Origin: an uncultured Candidatus Saccharibacteria bacterium
GTDB lineage: Bacteria; Patescibacteriota; Saccharimonadia; Saccharimonadales; AWTP1-31
Assembly (NCBI GenBank): GCA_937903325.1
Contig: CALCZR010000059.1
Coordinates: forward strand, 1,489-65,488
Direction: 5' to 3'
DNA: 64,000 nt
How positions within the stretch are numbered: position 1 is the first letter of the stretch; each line of letters opens with the position of its first letter. The translations under genes were made by a program, and so were the position numbers. A model generated the notes under the pieces. It searched no databases and was not told the origin of the DNA. It saw only the letters and a program-made list of their open reading frames with translations. Below, piece by piece: positions 11,698-20,146 of the stretch.

Positions 11698-11860
11698 TAG
11701 CACTTGAATAAAAAAAGTGCTCAAAAACAAAAACGACCCCTAGATAACAGTTCTCAACCGACTGTAATCAAAACAAAAAGAGACGAAGCCACAAGCCGAA
11801 GCTCAAAAACAAAAACCTCAAAAAAGAAAACGGCCTTCCTCGCAAAAGGCCGTTTTTTAT
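11698..11860 (+). ncRNA. candidate ~160-nt small RNA, A/C-rich, ending in an intrinsic terminator
   Basis: No ORF present. 5' hairpin AGCACTT...AAGTGCT. Exact 16-mer GCTCAAAAACAAAAAC occurs twice (11719-11734 and 11801-11816). Terminator AACGGCCTT-CCTCGCA-AAGGCCGTT followed by TTTTTT (11829-11858). Confidence 0.45.
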
Positions 11861-12172
11861 TATATTTTTGTGGACGCGATTGATTGTCTACAGACGCACA
11901 CACAGGCCCAAGAATAGCTAACTTATACGTCAACTTTTTCTCATCATTGCACGGCCACCTTAAGGATTTTTCTATTATTATTTTTAGACTTCAGGCCTTC
12001 ACCTAGCTCGCTATACATCGTAAATTCTAACCAACCCGTTTCTGGATATTGCCTTGTCGTATAGCCCTATAAACAGCACCCCATGAACTAGATAATAAGC
12101 TATTCCTACTGCTCCACGCTGAATATGCGACACAAAGCAACAAAATAAGCGTAAGAACCTGTGCGTATCTGC

Positions 12173-12201
12173 TTGACCCCTGTTGCTTAATTTGGTATAT
12201 T
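12173..12201 (+). promoter_or_regulatory. promoter of the infC-rpmI-rplT operon
   Basis: TTGACC (12173-12178), a 17-nt spacer, then TATATT (12196-12201). Confidence 0.6.
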
Positions 12202-12235
12202 AGAGGTCAACCTTAATCGATGCAAGGAGCAAGCA

Positions 12236-12766
12236 ATCGCCAAAGTAACCCGCTTGAATCAGATGATTCGAGCAACCCAGCTACGGGTCATAGATCAAGA
12301 TGGTAAACAGCTTGGTGTCATGTCTCGAGATGAAGCACTACGCCTCGCAGAGGAACAAGAGCTCGATCTCGTAGAGATATCGCCTGAAGCGAACCCAACT
12401 GTTGCCAAGATCATTGACTGGGGTAAATACAACTACCAACGTACGAAGCAGCTGCAGAAAAGCAAGCGCAGCGCCAAATCGTTTGAAGTTAAGCAAATGC
12501 GCTTTGGGTTAAAGATTGGCGAGCACGATTTAGGCGTTAAATCGCGTAAGATTCTAGGGTTCCTGGAAGCAGGCCATAAGGTTAAAATCACTGTATTTTA
12601 CCGGGGTCGCGAACTAGCCCATAAGGATCTAGGCTTTAAGCTTGCAGATAAAGTAATCGCTGGCTTTGGAGATCAAATCGTAGTTGATCAACAACCACAG
12701 CTAGCAGGTAAACAATTAAGTTTTGTGATTAGGAGTAATAACAATGCCAAAACTAAAGACTCATAG
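12236..12766 (+). CDS. infC: translation initiation factor IF-3
   Basis: IRATQLRVIDQDGKQLGV...LDLVEISPEANPTVAKIIDWGKY. The ORF track starts at TTG 12254. An in-frame ATC at 12236 lies 6 nt after AAGGAG, and infC classically uses a non-canonical start. Confidence 0.9.
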   Translation: MAKVTRLNQMIRATQLRVIDQDGKQLGVMSRDEALRLAEEQELDLVEISPEANPTVAKIIDWGKYNYQRTKQLQKSKRSAKSFEVKQMRFGLKIGEHDLGVKSRKILGFLEAGHKVKITVFYRGRELAHKDLGFKLADKVIAGFGDQIVVDQQPQLAGKQLSFVIRSNNNAKTKDS

Positions 12767-12938
12767 CGGTACAAAAGACCGCGTCCGCGTCACCAAGAAC
12801 GGTAAAGTTCTTCGACGCAAGTCTATGGCCAGTCACTTCTTGCAGAAGAAGAGTGCTAGCCGCAAACGAGGCCTCGCCGGCGTTATAAACGTCGAAGGTC
12901 AAGCCAAGAAAAATCTAAAGAAGATGTTGGGAGTCTAA
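12744..12938 (+). CDS. rpmI: 50S ribosomal protein L35
   Basis: MPKLKTHSGTKDRVRVTKNGKV...; overlaps the infC end by 23 nt. Confidence 0.93.
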   Translation: MPKLKTHSGTKDRVRVTKNGKVLRRKSMASHFLQKKSASRKRGLAGVINVEGQAKKNLKKMLGV

Positions 12939-12941
12939 GGA

Positions 12942-13286
12942 ATGCGCGTAAAACGAGGCGTTACTTCTCACGCTAAACATCAGAAAATCCGTAAGGCTAC
13001 TAAAGGGTTTACCCGTGGTAACCGTTCAAGCATCAAGCGTGGACGACAAGCCGTTACTAAATCACTTCAGTTTGCTTACCGAGATCGCCGCAACAAGAAG
13101 CGAACCTTCCGAGCACTCTGGAATGCGCGTATTAACGCTGCAGCCCGATTGAATGGTACAACTTATAGCCGCCTGATTGCAGGCCTTAAGAAGGCTAATA
13201 TCACCTTAGACCGTAAGGTTCTAAGTGAAATCGCCGTTAACGAACCTGCTGCCTTTGAAGCAGTTGTTAAAGCAGCTCAGAAATAA
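12942..13286 (+). CDS. rplT: 50S ribosomal protein L20
   Basis: [23 protein letters not shown]...[25 protein letters not shown]. Confidence 0.95.
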   Translation: MRVKRGVTSHAKHQKIRKATKGFTRGNRSSIKRGRQAVTKSLQFAYRDRRNKKRTFRALWNARINAAARLNGTTYSRLIAGLKKANITLDRKVLSEIAVNEPAAFEAVVKAAQK

Positions 13287-13305
13287 ACATCTTCGGCATT
13301 GTTAC

Positions 13306-13337
13306 TAAAAAACCGCTCTAACTGAGCGGTTTTTTAT
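13306..13337. terminator. bidirectional intrinsic terminator
   Basis: AAAAAACCGCTC-TAACT-GAGCGGTTTTTT, with an A-run on one side and a T-run on the other. Confidence 0.75.
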
Positions 13338-13831
13338 TGCCCTGGGATTATGCAATCAGAGCCCGACACTCTATAGAGATAGTCTAGCTCGCCCACATCA
13401 ATAGAAGCAACTGCAATACCCGCTTCGCTTAAGACGCCCTCTGTAATTGTTAATAGAGACTCTACAGAACGCTTACCCAATCCCTTTATATGGCCGTACG
13501 GGCCCCAACAACCATCGACATCTGCCCTACTAATCCCCCACAGGGCCAACGCATCCACATCAATTTCATACCCTGGACTTTCCATGAATTCGAGAAGCTT
13601 TTCACTGCTTCTCATAGGATCCGGCGCTATCGGCCTAAAAAGCGATGTTTTTAGAGCGCTGAACGGATTTCTGCGACCAGTATTAGTGCGCTGCTCATTG
13701 CTCATGGCATTCACTGTCGCGACAACACCTCCTCGGTCGGTGCAGACCGGGCGTAGCCGCCTCGTAAATTCATGTAGAGGCATAAATCTTGAGGGTTGTT
13801 CTTGATTTTCAGCAGTCATAATAATACTCAA
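13334..13831 (-). CDS. hypothetical protein
   Basis: 165-aa ORF with a TTG start in the track (an ATG is possible at 13819). No motif recognised. Confidence 0.5.
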   Translation of the reverse strand: MSIIMTAENQEQPSRFMPLHEFTRRLRPVCTDRGGVVATVNAMSNEQRTNTGRRNPFSALKTSLFRPIAPDPMRSSEKLLEFMESPGYEIDVDALALWGISRADVDGCWGPYGHIKGLGKRSVESLLTITEGVLSEAGIAVASIDVGELDYLYRVSGSDCIIPGQ

Positions 13832-13837
13832 ATAAGG

Positions 13838-14172
13838 TGTCAGATTGTCTGTAAGCCGGGTTCTGTTCTATCTGGCCATCTATCTAGTTCTACAATTGCT
13901 CATAGAATCAAGCGGATCTTGTGACAAGCCTCGGCGGGAAACCTTATGAGACATATCTCCTTGCAGCAGATAGGGTTTACCTACTCCCATCGTCACCGAT
14001 GGATGTTGTGGGCTCTTACTCCACTCGTTTCACCCTTACCCAGTAAACTGGGCGGTTTCGTTTCTGTGGCACTTTCCCTAGAGTTACCTCCGGTTGCCGT
14101 TAACAACTATCCTTCCCTGCGCTGCCCGGACTTTCCTCCTGAGTAAACTCAGGCGACCAGTCGACAATCTAA
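13838..14172 (-). ncRNA. rnpB: RNase P RNA, bacterial type A
   Basis: The minus strand reads ...GGAGGAAAGTCCGGGCAGC...GGTAAGGGTGAAACGAGTGGAGTAAGAGCCCAC...ACAGAACCCGGCTTACAGACAATCTGA. These universally conserved blocks are present, and P1 pairing occurs between TTAGATTGTC (5') and GACAATCTGA (3'). Confidence 0.9.
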
Positions 14173-14194
14173 CATAAGTATTATACCATAAAAT

Positions 14195-14983
14195 TTACGA
14201 TTTGAGAGCATCGAGTACTTCGTTGACCATGGCATCAGCTTTGCGATTACGCTCTCTGGGAACATGAGTGAAGGTTACCTGACTAAAACGACTCACTAGG
14301 TCCCTAACTGCCTGATTAATAGGCATAAGATCGGTGTTCTTAACTTTATATAGTCCGTTCATCTGATTAACTACTAGCATACTATCCATATACGAGTGCA
14401 CTACTGTTGCATTACGCTCTAGAGCAGCCTCGAGACCTAACTTCAATGACCGGTATTCAGCCTGATTATTCGTCGTAATACCTAATGCTAGTCCGTTCTC
14501 TACAATAACCTGATCGTGCATGTCCATAAGGACGTAGCCACAGGCAGAAGGCCCCGGATTACCTCGCGAGCCACCATCTGAGAAAAGCTTCATCTCGACT
14601 ACTAGTACCTGGCTGTTAGCTACAGTTCCACTGATGGGTTGAGGGGTGAATATAAAGGTAATTATCTTAACAGGAGTTTCTATGCTCACCTGTTGACCAT
14701 AGTAGCTCCGATACTCCACCAGAAGCTCCTTGATGGGTTTTAGCTGCTCTCCTGGAGCGATATCCTGGGCCGTCACCGTGCCTAGCTGCTTCTCAAGGAT
14801 ACTCGTTATCCGAGCAGTTCCTATGGGCTGCCATGTCTCAGGCTTCAAGGGATCTACTTTATCTATAAGCTGTACATCTTCGTTTACATGGAGGTCTTTG
14901 TCGTCATTAATACGCCACGTAGAGGTCTTTTGCCCCTGTAGAATTAGCTGAGCGAACTCATGGTTAAGCTTAAGGCTTTTCAT
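14195..14983 (-). CDS. ASCH-domain / RNase HI fusion protein
   Basis: The N-terminal ~110 aa are ASCH-like (LILQGQKTSTWRINDD). The C-terminal half is RNase H type 1 (SDGGSRGNPGPSA, NNQAEY, MDSMLVVNQ, NRKADAMVN). Confidence 0.8.
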   Translation of the reverse strand: MKSLKLNHEFAQLILQGQKTSTWRINDDKDLHVNEDVQLIDKVDPLKPETWQPIGTARITSILEKQLGTVTAQDIAPGEQLKPIKELLVEYRSYYGQQVSIETPVKIITFIFTPQPISGTVANSQVLVVEMKLFSDGGSRGNPGPSACGYVLMDMHDQVIVENGLALGITTNNQAEYRSLKLGLEAALERNATVVHSYMDSMLVVNQMNGLYKVKNTDLMPINQAVRDLVSRFSQVTFTHVPRERNRKADAMVNEVLDALKS

Positions 14984-15002
14984 TACCTTATTATTGCATA
15001 CC

Positions 15003-15857
15003 TTAGAACTGGTAGCCGTACTTCAATAGACCTCTTACTGCCCGACCGTGAACTTGGGCCATGCGACGTACACCTCCAGTAAACGATCCTGTCTTTACTC
15101 GACTACCAACGTTAACGATATCGTCCCAAAGAAACTTCTCAATTCCTCGGTTAAGCTTCACGCCGTACTCGTCTCTACGTTTACGTGCAAATGTATTTAG
15201 CGCCGCTTCAAGTTCCCAACCACTTATCCCGATATTTCTTTCCTGGCTTTCAGCTATGAGCTGATCGAAAAAGTCAGCACGCACACCTCGATTACCACCT
15301 AGTGCTCCCCAATTTAAAAGCGTTCTTGTTCTATCGGCAAACCAGTTACGCTGTGGCATACCGATTGTCATTGGTATCCCCCGCTCTAATATCGGGGCGG
15401 TAATCTGATCAATTCGCCGGGCTAGACAATCTATAAAGGCGTCTTCTGTTCCCGTAACCCCTACCTCCTTCAGTAAGCCAGTGTGGCCAAGTAATCTTGA
15501 AGTTAGTTTCATATTTTCTGGGGTTAGGCGTGACCATACAGGCGATAGATCTGCGTCAATAAATACTAGAGCGCCTATTCTCGGTAGGCCAAGTTCCTCA
15601 TATGCTACATCAACCCCTGTCCGAACAGCCTCTGTCTTCCCAGCGTTAAAAGAATGGCTAACTACCTCAAATGGCTTGGGACTGTTTTCACGCTCAATTG
15701 CCCGCCATGCTTCAACTACAGTCCTGTCACGAGAGCCATCATCAACAACAACTATCCCGTCTACCGACTCTGCCCTAAGTGCGGCCCTAACTACAGGTCC
15801 AATCGTCCTTTGTTCATTAAAACCAGGGATAATAGCCGTTGTTTGAATTTCTGTCAT
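15003..15857 (-). CDS. glycosyltransferase family 2 protein
   Basis: AIIPGFNEQRTIGPVV...VVVDDGSRDRT...FIDADL (GT-A fold, DxD). Confidence 0.75.
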   Translation of the reverse strand: MTEIQTTAIIPGFNEQRTIGPVVRAALRAESVDGIVVVDDGSRDRTVVEAWRAIERENSPKPFEVVSHSFNAGKTEAVRTGVDVAYEELGLPRIGALVFIDADLSPVWSRLTPENMKLTSRLLGHTGLLKEVGVTGTEDAFIDCLARRIDQITAPILERGIPMTIGMPQRNWFADRTRTLLNWGALGGNRGVRADFFDQLIAESQERNIGISGWELEAALNTFARKRRDEYGVKLNRGIEKFLWDDIVNVGSRVKTGSFTGGVRRMAQVHGRAVRGLLKYGYQF

Positions 15858-15864
15858 AAAAATT

Positions 15865-15940
15865 TGGTCGGGGTGACAGGACTTGAACCTGCGACCTCAC
15901 GGCCCCCAGCCGTACGCGCTACCAACTGCGCCACACCCCG
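15865..15940 (-). tRNA. tRNA-Pro (GGG)
   Basis: Hand-folded cloverleaf CGGGGTG/CACCCCG, anticodon loop CTGGGGG, T-loop TTCAAGT, encoded CCA. Confidence 0.88.
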
Positions 15941-16148
15941 ACATCTGCCATATAGTAACAGATGGGAATTTAAAAAGCACTCCTTGAAGTGCTTAGTGAC
16001 TGGCCCCAACATGACAACCTGGAATTAAACCCAGGTGGGTTTCCGCACAACTCGGCCACAGCCTTGTTAAATGTTGGAATCCCGTATGATAAATATTCAG
16101 ATTATCATATTATTGGCACCAGCCTCCTCTATTATAACTCATTAAGTA

Positions 16149-16781
16149 CTAGGCCAAAAGGACTCGGTATAGCGCGTCAATTATGTTCCCAACTAATGTT
16201 GAACCACCAAATTGAATAAAGATAAACATAAATAATAGAATAGCTGTAAAGCCCATTGATTCGATCTGATACATAAACTTCTGTAGTGATTCTGGTGCAA
16301 ACGCGTACAGTAAACGAGATCCGTCTAACGGCGGGAATGGAATCATATTAAACACGAAGAACGCCAAGTTGATCTGTATAAAGATACTAAAGATATGGAA
16401 TACATCAGTCCCTACCGCTATGCCAGAAATACGCACAATAAGTGCCGCTATGACTGCTAACACAAAGTTCGTGAATGGTCCCGCTAACCCTATGAGTGCA
16501 GCACCAAACTCCTCGTACTTCACCCTGTTCGGATTAAAAGGTACTGGTTTAGCTATAAAGAACGGCGTTATGCCTACTAAGATCATTACCAGTGGCAGTA
16601 ATACAGTTGTTATAAGATCAATATGCTTTAAAGGGTTTAGTGTAAGGCGTCCTAGGTCTTTAGCAGTTGAGTCCCCGAGCCAATGAGAGGTAAACGCATG
16701 CATAGCCTCATGGATTGCCATAGACAGCAATATAGAGACAAAAACTATGATTAAATCACCACCAGATAACTCTGAAAACAT
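16149..16781 (-). CDS. site-2 protease (M50) family membrane metalloprotease
   Basis: HEAMHAF HExxH motif inside a TM helix; multi-TM; PPLDGS motif. Confidence 0.8.
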   Translation of the reverse strand: MFSELSGGDLIIVFVSILLSMAIHEAMHAFTSHWLGDSTAKDLGRLTLNPLKHIDLITTVLLPLVMILVGITPFFIAKPVPFNPNRVKYEEFGAALIGLAGPFTNFVLAVIAALIVRISGIAVGTDVFHIFSIFIQINLAFFVFNMIPFPPLDGSRLLYAFAPESLQKFMYQIESMGFTAILLFMFIFIQFGGSTLVGNIIDALYRVLLA

Positions 16782-16820
16782 CGTCCCTCTAGTATAACAA
16801 AAATAAGCATCATGGGATGC

Positions 16821-16849
16821 TTGACTTTAAGAAGTAAAACCTCTAAAAT
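16821..16849 (+). promoter_or_regulatory. rpmB promoter
   Basis: TTGACT, a 17-nt spacer, then TAAAAT; AAAGGA Shine-Dalgarno before the ATG at 16892. Confidence 0.55.
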
Positions 16850-16891
16850 AACACTTTGAATCTTCAATAAATCTATTAAAGGATCGATCAA

Positions 16892-17083
16892 ATGCAGATA
16901 TGTGAAATCACCGGCAAAGGAAAGCAATTCGGACATAACGTCAGCTTCTCTCAGCGCCACACCAAGAAAGTCTGGAAGCCTAACCTTCAGAAGAAGACTC
17001 TCGTTATTGATGGCAAGAAAGTACAGATGAAAATCAGTACTCAAGCTATCCGTACTCTCAAGAAAAAAGGCCTTATCGCCTAA
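16892..17083 (+). CDS. rpmB: 50S ribosomal protein L28
   Basis: MQICEITGKGKQFGHNVSFSQRHTKKVWKPNLQKK. Confidence 0.93.
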   Translation: MQICEITGKGKQFGHNVSFSQRHTKKVWKPNLQKKTLVIDGKKVQMKISTQAIRTLKKKGLIA

Positions 17084-17102
17084 ACCTTCTTAGGTCACTA
17101 CT

Positions 17103-17133
17103 AAAACACCGGCATCACGCCGGTGTTTTTATT
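17103..17133. terminator. bidirectional intrinsic terminator
   Basis: AAAACACCGGC-ATCAC-GCCGGTGTTTTT. Confidence 0.75.
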
Positions 17134-17153
17134 TGAAGAGATAATAGATACAG

Positions 17154-17780
17154 CTACTGTCGCTCTAGAACGAACAACTGTGGTTGGTCACTGAGAAGCT
17201 CAGAGCCCTTGATCTTGAGCTTAGAGGTAGTCTCTTTGACTTCCATACCAAGCCCCTTCACCACATCTTCCAGGCTTGCGGCGGGTACTTCGTAATTGAG
17301 CTTACTATCTGCATAGTTAGTTGGAATAACAATCTTTGGATCTACTTCCTTAATAATCTCTAGCGCCCCTATAGCATCTAGTGTAAAGCCACTACCACCC
17401 ACGGGGATAATGAGTACATCGATAATACCAAGATCCTCAAGCTGAGCTTCAGTAAGCTTTGGATAGATATGCCCGACAACTGCTACACGTATGTCGTCAG
17501 CAACAACACGGTACATAGTAGCGGAAGATGTACCTTCTTCGTCCATATGAGCACGAGCAGCAACACCGTTAATTGAGAGGTCTGCAATTTCATAGTTACC
17601 AGGTCGAGCAACGGTAAACTTAGGGTCCTTGGCTTTTCCAACTGGTCCAGTGTAGGCCACAATATCCCCTGCTTTGGCTATATCACTGCCACCTAGAGCT
17701 TTGACATTGTCATCTATCACAAGAGTTGCCTTCTTAGTACTAAGCTTTACGCAGTTGCCGCCATAATATTGTATATCCAT
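17154..17780 (-). CDS. MBL-fold metallo-hydrolase (UPF0173-like)
   Basis: 208 aa; MDIQYYGGNCVKLSTKKATLVIDD...HMDEEG...IIPVGG. Confidence 0.65.
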   Translation of the reverse strand: MDIQYYGGNCVKLSTKKATLVIDDNVKALGGSDIAKAGDIVAYTGPVGKAKDPKFTVARPGNYEIADLSINGVAARAHMDEEGTSSATMYRVVADDIRVAVVGHIYPKLTEAQLEDLGIIDVLIIPVGGSGFTLDAIGALEIIKEVDPKIVIPTNYADSKLNYEVPAASLEDVVKGLGMEVKETTSKLKIKGSELLSDQPQLFVLERQ

Positions 17781-17789
17781 TATTTCTCC

Positions 17790-18380
17790 TTAATCTTTCT
17801 CTTCAAAAATACCATTCTTATCTACTAATACCTGCGTCTTAGAAGCCATTATATTCGCTACGAAGCGATCCTTAATGCGCTGACGGTAGGTAAAATCTTC
17901 ATATGACATGAGCGTGTAGCGAATCTCTTTGTTTTCTTTCTTCTCAAGTTCTTCTACATATTTAGTAAGCTGGGTCTGGTTAATATCACCGACTACTAGG
18001 AAGTCTACACCACTCGTTTCGTCACGAGTGAACTGGCCCGTATACAGCGCGAGCTCAACATTACCCAGAGCCTTGAGTGGGTCTGCAACCTTAGTTTCAG
18101 TAGTCTTTTTACCTTGCGCAGTTTTACCGTCACCAAAGATTTGGCTCAGTGGTTTGTAATATTCAAACTCCTGATTAACTTCGTAATACAGCTTGTTATT
18201 GGTCGTATCTGATGTAATTATTCCAACACTAAGCAAGTTGGCTAATTCTCGTCTGACCGAGTTAATTTGCTCATCGATCTTACGAGTAATTTCACGTACG
18301 TAAAAAGAGCGATTTGGATTGCTATAGAAAAGTCGCAGCAACTTTACACGTGTTTTAGATCCGAATAACTGTTCGATCAT
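17790..18380 (-). CDS. winged-helix transcriptional regulator-like protein
   Basis: N-terminal LFGSKTRVKLLRLFYSNPNRSFYVREITRKI is typical of ArsR/wHTH folds. Confidence 0.6.
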   Translation of the reverse strand: MIEQLFGSKTRVKLLRLFYSNPNRSFYVREITRKIDEQINSVRRELANLLSVGIITSDTTNNKLYYEVNQEFEYYKPLSQIFGDGKTAQGKKTTETKVADPLKALGNVELALYTGQFTRDETSGVDFLVVGDINQTQLTKYVEELEKKENKEIRYTLMSYEDFTYRQRIKDRFVANIMASKTQVLVDKNGIFEEKD

Positions 18381-18455
18381 GTTTGTTCTCCCTCAAGTAG
18401 CGAGCACCTGCTGTACTCATTACCTCTCTATTGTAACAGACCGCTACTATTTTAT

Positions 18456-19241
18456 TCAGGGTTTGTTGTTCAGGAAATTTGTTACTAAATCATTCGTCTT
18501 ACTGGGGTCAGAGATCCAGTGAATACTATTATTTCGTTTAAACCAAGTACGCTGTTTTTTAGCTAATTGTGAGTCGTATGTAACAAAATCAGACATAGAT
18601 TCTTCCATTGTTTTAGAGCCGTCAAGGTAGCCGCGAAAAGCTTTGTAGGCTGGCGCCTGCATAGGCGATAAGTTCCAATCGTAAAGATCACCGAGCCTTT
18701 TGACCTCATCCACTAGGCCGGCATCCAGCATGCTAACCACACGCTTACCAATCCGCCCACGCAGCACTTCTGGATCCACCCGCATACCTAGTACTAAGGT
18801 ATTGTCACGCAAACGAAGTTCTTGCCGGGGAGCATCTGCGGCAAGATGTCGAGGATTCTGGGGATCACGCTCACCAGAAGTAGATGCAAAGTCATACCCA
18901 TAGATAACGGAATCTATATATAGACCACTACCTCCTACCATTATAGGTAACTTACCTCTTCCATGAATATCGTCGATGGCCTGGTAAACCAGCCTTTGGA
19001 AGTCGGCTACCGTAAAAGGCTCATCCGGCCTAACTACATCTATTAGATGGTGCGGAACACCCTCTTGCTCTTCTTGGGTTGGTTTGGCTGTACCAATATC
19101 CATACCTTTATATATAGTCCGCGAATCGGCACAGATAATTTCACCATTAAACTGCTTCGCTAGTTGAATAGCTAGCGCCGTCTTACCACTGGCCGTTGGG
19201 CCAACGATTACGAGAAGAGGCTTTGCTGATTTGGTTGCCAT
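18456..19241 (-). CDS. miaA: tRNA dimethylallyltransferase
   Basis: LLVIVGPTASGKTALAIQLAKQFNGEIICADSRTIYKGMDIGTAKPT. Confidence 0.92.
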   Translation of the reverse strand: MATKSAKPLLVIVGPTASGKTALAIQLAKQFNGEIICADSRTIYKGMDIGTAKPTQEEQEGVPHHLIDVVRPDEPFTVADFQRLVYQAIDDIHGRGKLPIMVGGSGLYIDSVIYGYDFASTSGERDPQNPRHLAADAPRQELRLRDNTLVLGMRVDPEVLRGRIGKRVVSMLDAGLVDEVKRLGDLYDWNLSPMQAPAYKAFRGYLDGSKTMEESMSDFVTYDSQLAKKQRTWFKRNNSIHWISDPSKTNDLVTNFLNNKP

Positions 19242-19540
19242 AAATATTTACCTACATCTACTGTAAACTCTTCACTAACCTCAAAGCCTTCAGATTCAAG
19301 AACTTTCTTGTGCCCTGCCTTACCGCCCGGATAACCACTAGCTAATCCACCCTGCTTATTCACTACTCTCTGCCATGGCAGATCACTAGGGCCAGTATGG
19401 GCGATCTGCCCTACTTCCCAGGCCGCCCAGGCCGCACCGCAAGCAGCAGCCAGCTGTCCATAGGTCGCTACCTTGCCTTCCGGTATCTGCGCTACGAGTG
19501 CATATATACGGTCGTTAAAGTCTGGATCAACCCTGCTCAT
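19208..19540 (-). CDS. alkyltransferase-like (ATL) / MGMT-family DNA-binding protein lacking the acceptor cysteine
   Basis: IPEGKVATYGQLA helix-turn-helix; PWQRVV occupies the position of the MGMT PCHRV active site. Confidence 0.75.
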   Translation of the reverse strand: MSRVDPDFNDRIYALVAQIPEGKVATYGQLAAACGAAWAAWEVGQIAHTGPSDLPWQRVVNKQGGLASGYPGGKAGHKKVLESEGFEVSEEFTVDVGKYLWQPNQQSLFS

Positions 19541-20141
19541 TAAAGTACTCCTGAACTGCTTTCCAATCCTTAGCTCGTGTCACTCCCGAAGGAAGCTCAA
19601 GATCTCGGTTCCAACTATAGTCTCCAAACAATACAGCCGGTATACCTTCTGCAGCCACCGCAAAACAGTGCTTAGGATGGTCATCTATGAAGTAATCAGC
19701 ACCTAGTTCCTTGATGAGACTCGCCTTGGTCATCAGATTAGCCACATCTACATCATGTTTACCATCCCATATACCAGCAAAGTGAATGTCTTTGAATAGG
19801 CCACCGTAGTACTGCTCAAGCCACTGGATCGTCCCTTTTTGCAGGACCAAAGGCCGGGAGGTGACAATAATAAGATCGAATCGTTCTCCAAGCTCTGTTA
19901 ATATCTCCTTAACACCAGAGAAAGCCTCCAGATTTATCTGCACCGCCTCTTTGTATATATGTTCACGACGCTCCAAAGATTCTTCAAGATCGATCCCCCA
20001 CATTTCAGCCCAGTGCTCGGAATAGTCATCTACCTCTAGACTGGTTCCCCATTGCTTGTTGCTAAATGCCACAAACTTAGCAGCACTGTCTGCTAGTACG
20101 TCATCTAAATCAACGGCTATTGTTTTACGCTTCATCTTCAA
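19527..20141 (-). CDS. HAD-superfamily 5'(3')-deoxyribonucleotidase-like hydrolase
   Basis: IAVDLDDVLAD (DxDx motif I), IVTSRP, DDHPKH. Confidence 0.65.
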   Translation of the reverse strand: MKMKRKTIAVDLDDVLADSAAKFVAFSNKQWGTSLEVDDYSEHWAEMWGIDLEESLERREHIYKEAVQINLEAFSGVKEILTELGERFDLIIVTSRPLVLQKGTIQWLEQYYGGLFKDIHFAGIWDGKHDVDVANLMTKASLIKELGADYFIDDHPKHCFAVAAEGIPAVLFGDYSWNRDLELPSGVTRAKDWKAVQEYFNEQG

Positions 20142-20146
20142 ACTAC

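Noticed and set aside
10611-12235. tmRNA, 6S RNA, a CRISPR array or IS remnants as an explanation for the ORF-free region.
   Set aside because: I found no tRNA-like 3' end (GGTTCGAATCC...CCA) and no tag-like ORF ending in ALAA. There are no regularly spaced direct repeats, no terminal inverted repeats and no long 5'/3' closing helix. A covariance-model scan is still needed to be certain.
13946-14146. A 66-aa plus-strand ORF.
   Set aside because: It lies entirely inside the RNase P RNA gene (opposite strand), so it is an artefact of the structured RNA sequence.
15654-16028. A 124-aa plus-strand ORF.
   Set aside because: It runs antisense through the GT2 gene start and straight across tRNA-Pro, and it has no coding signal.
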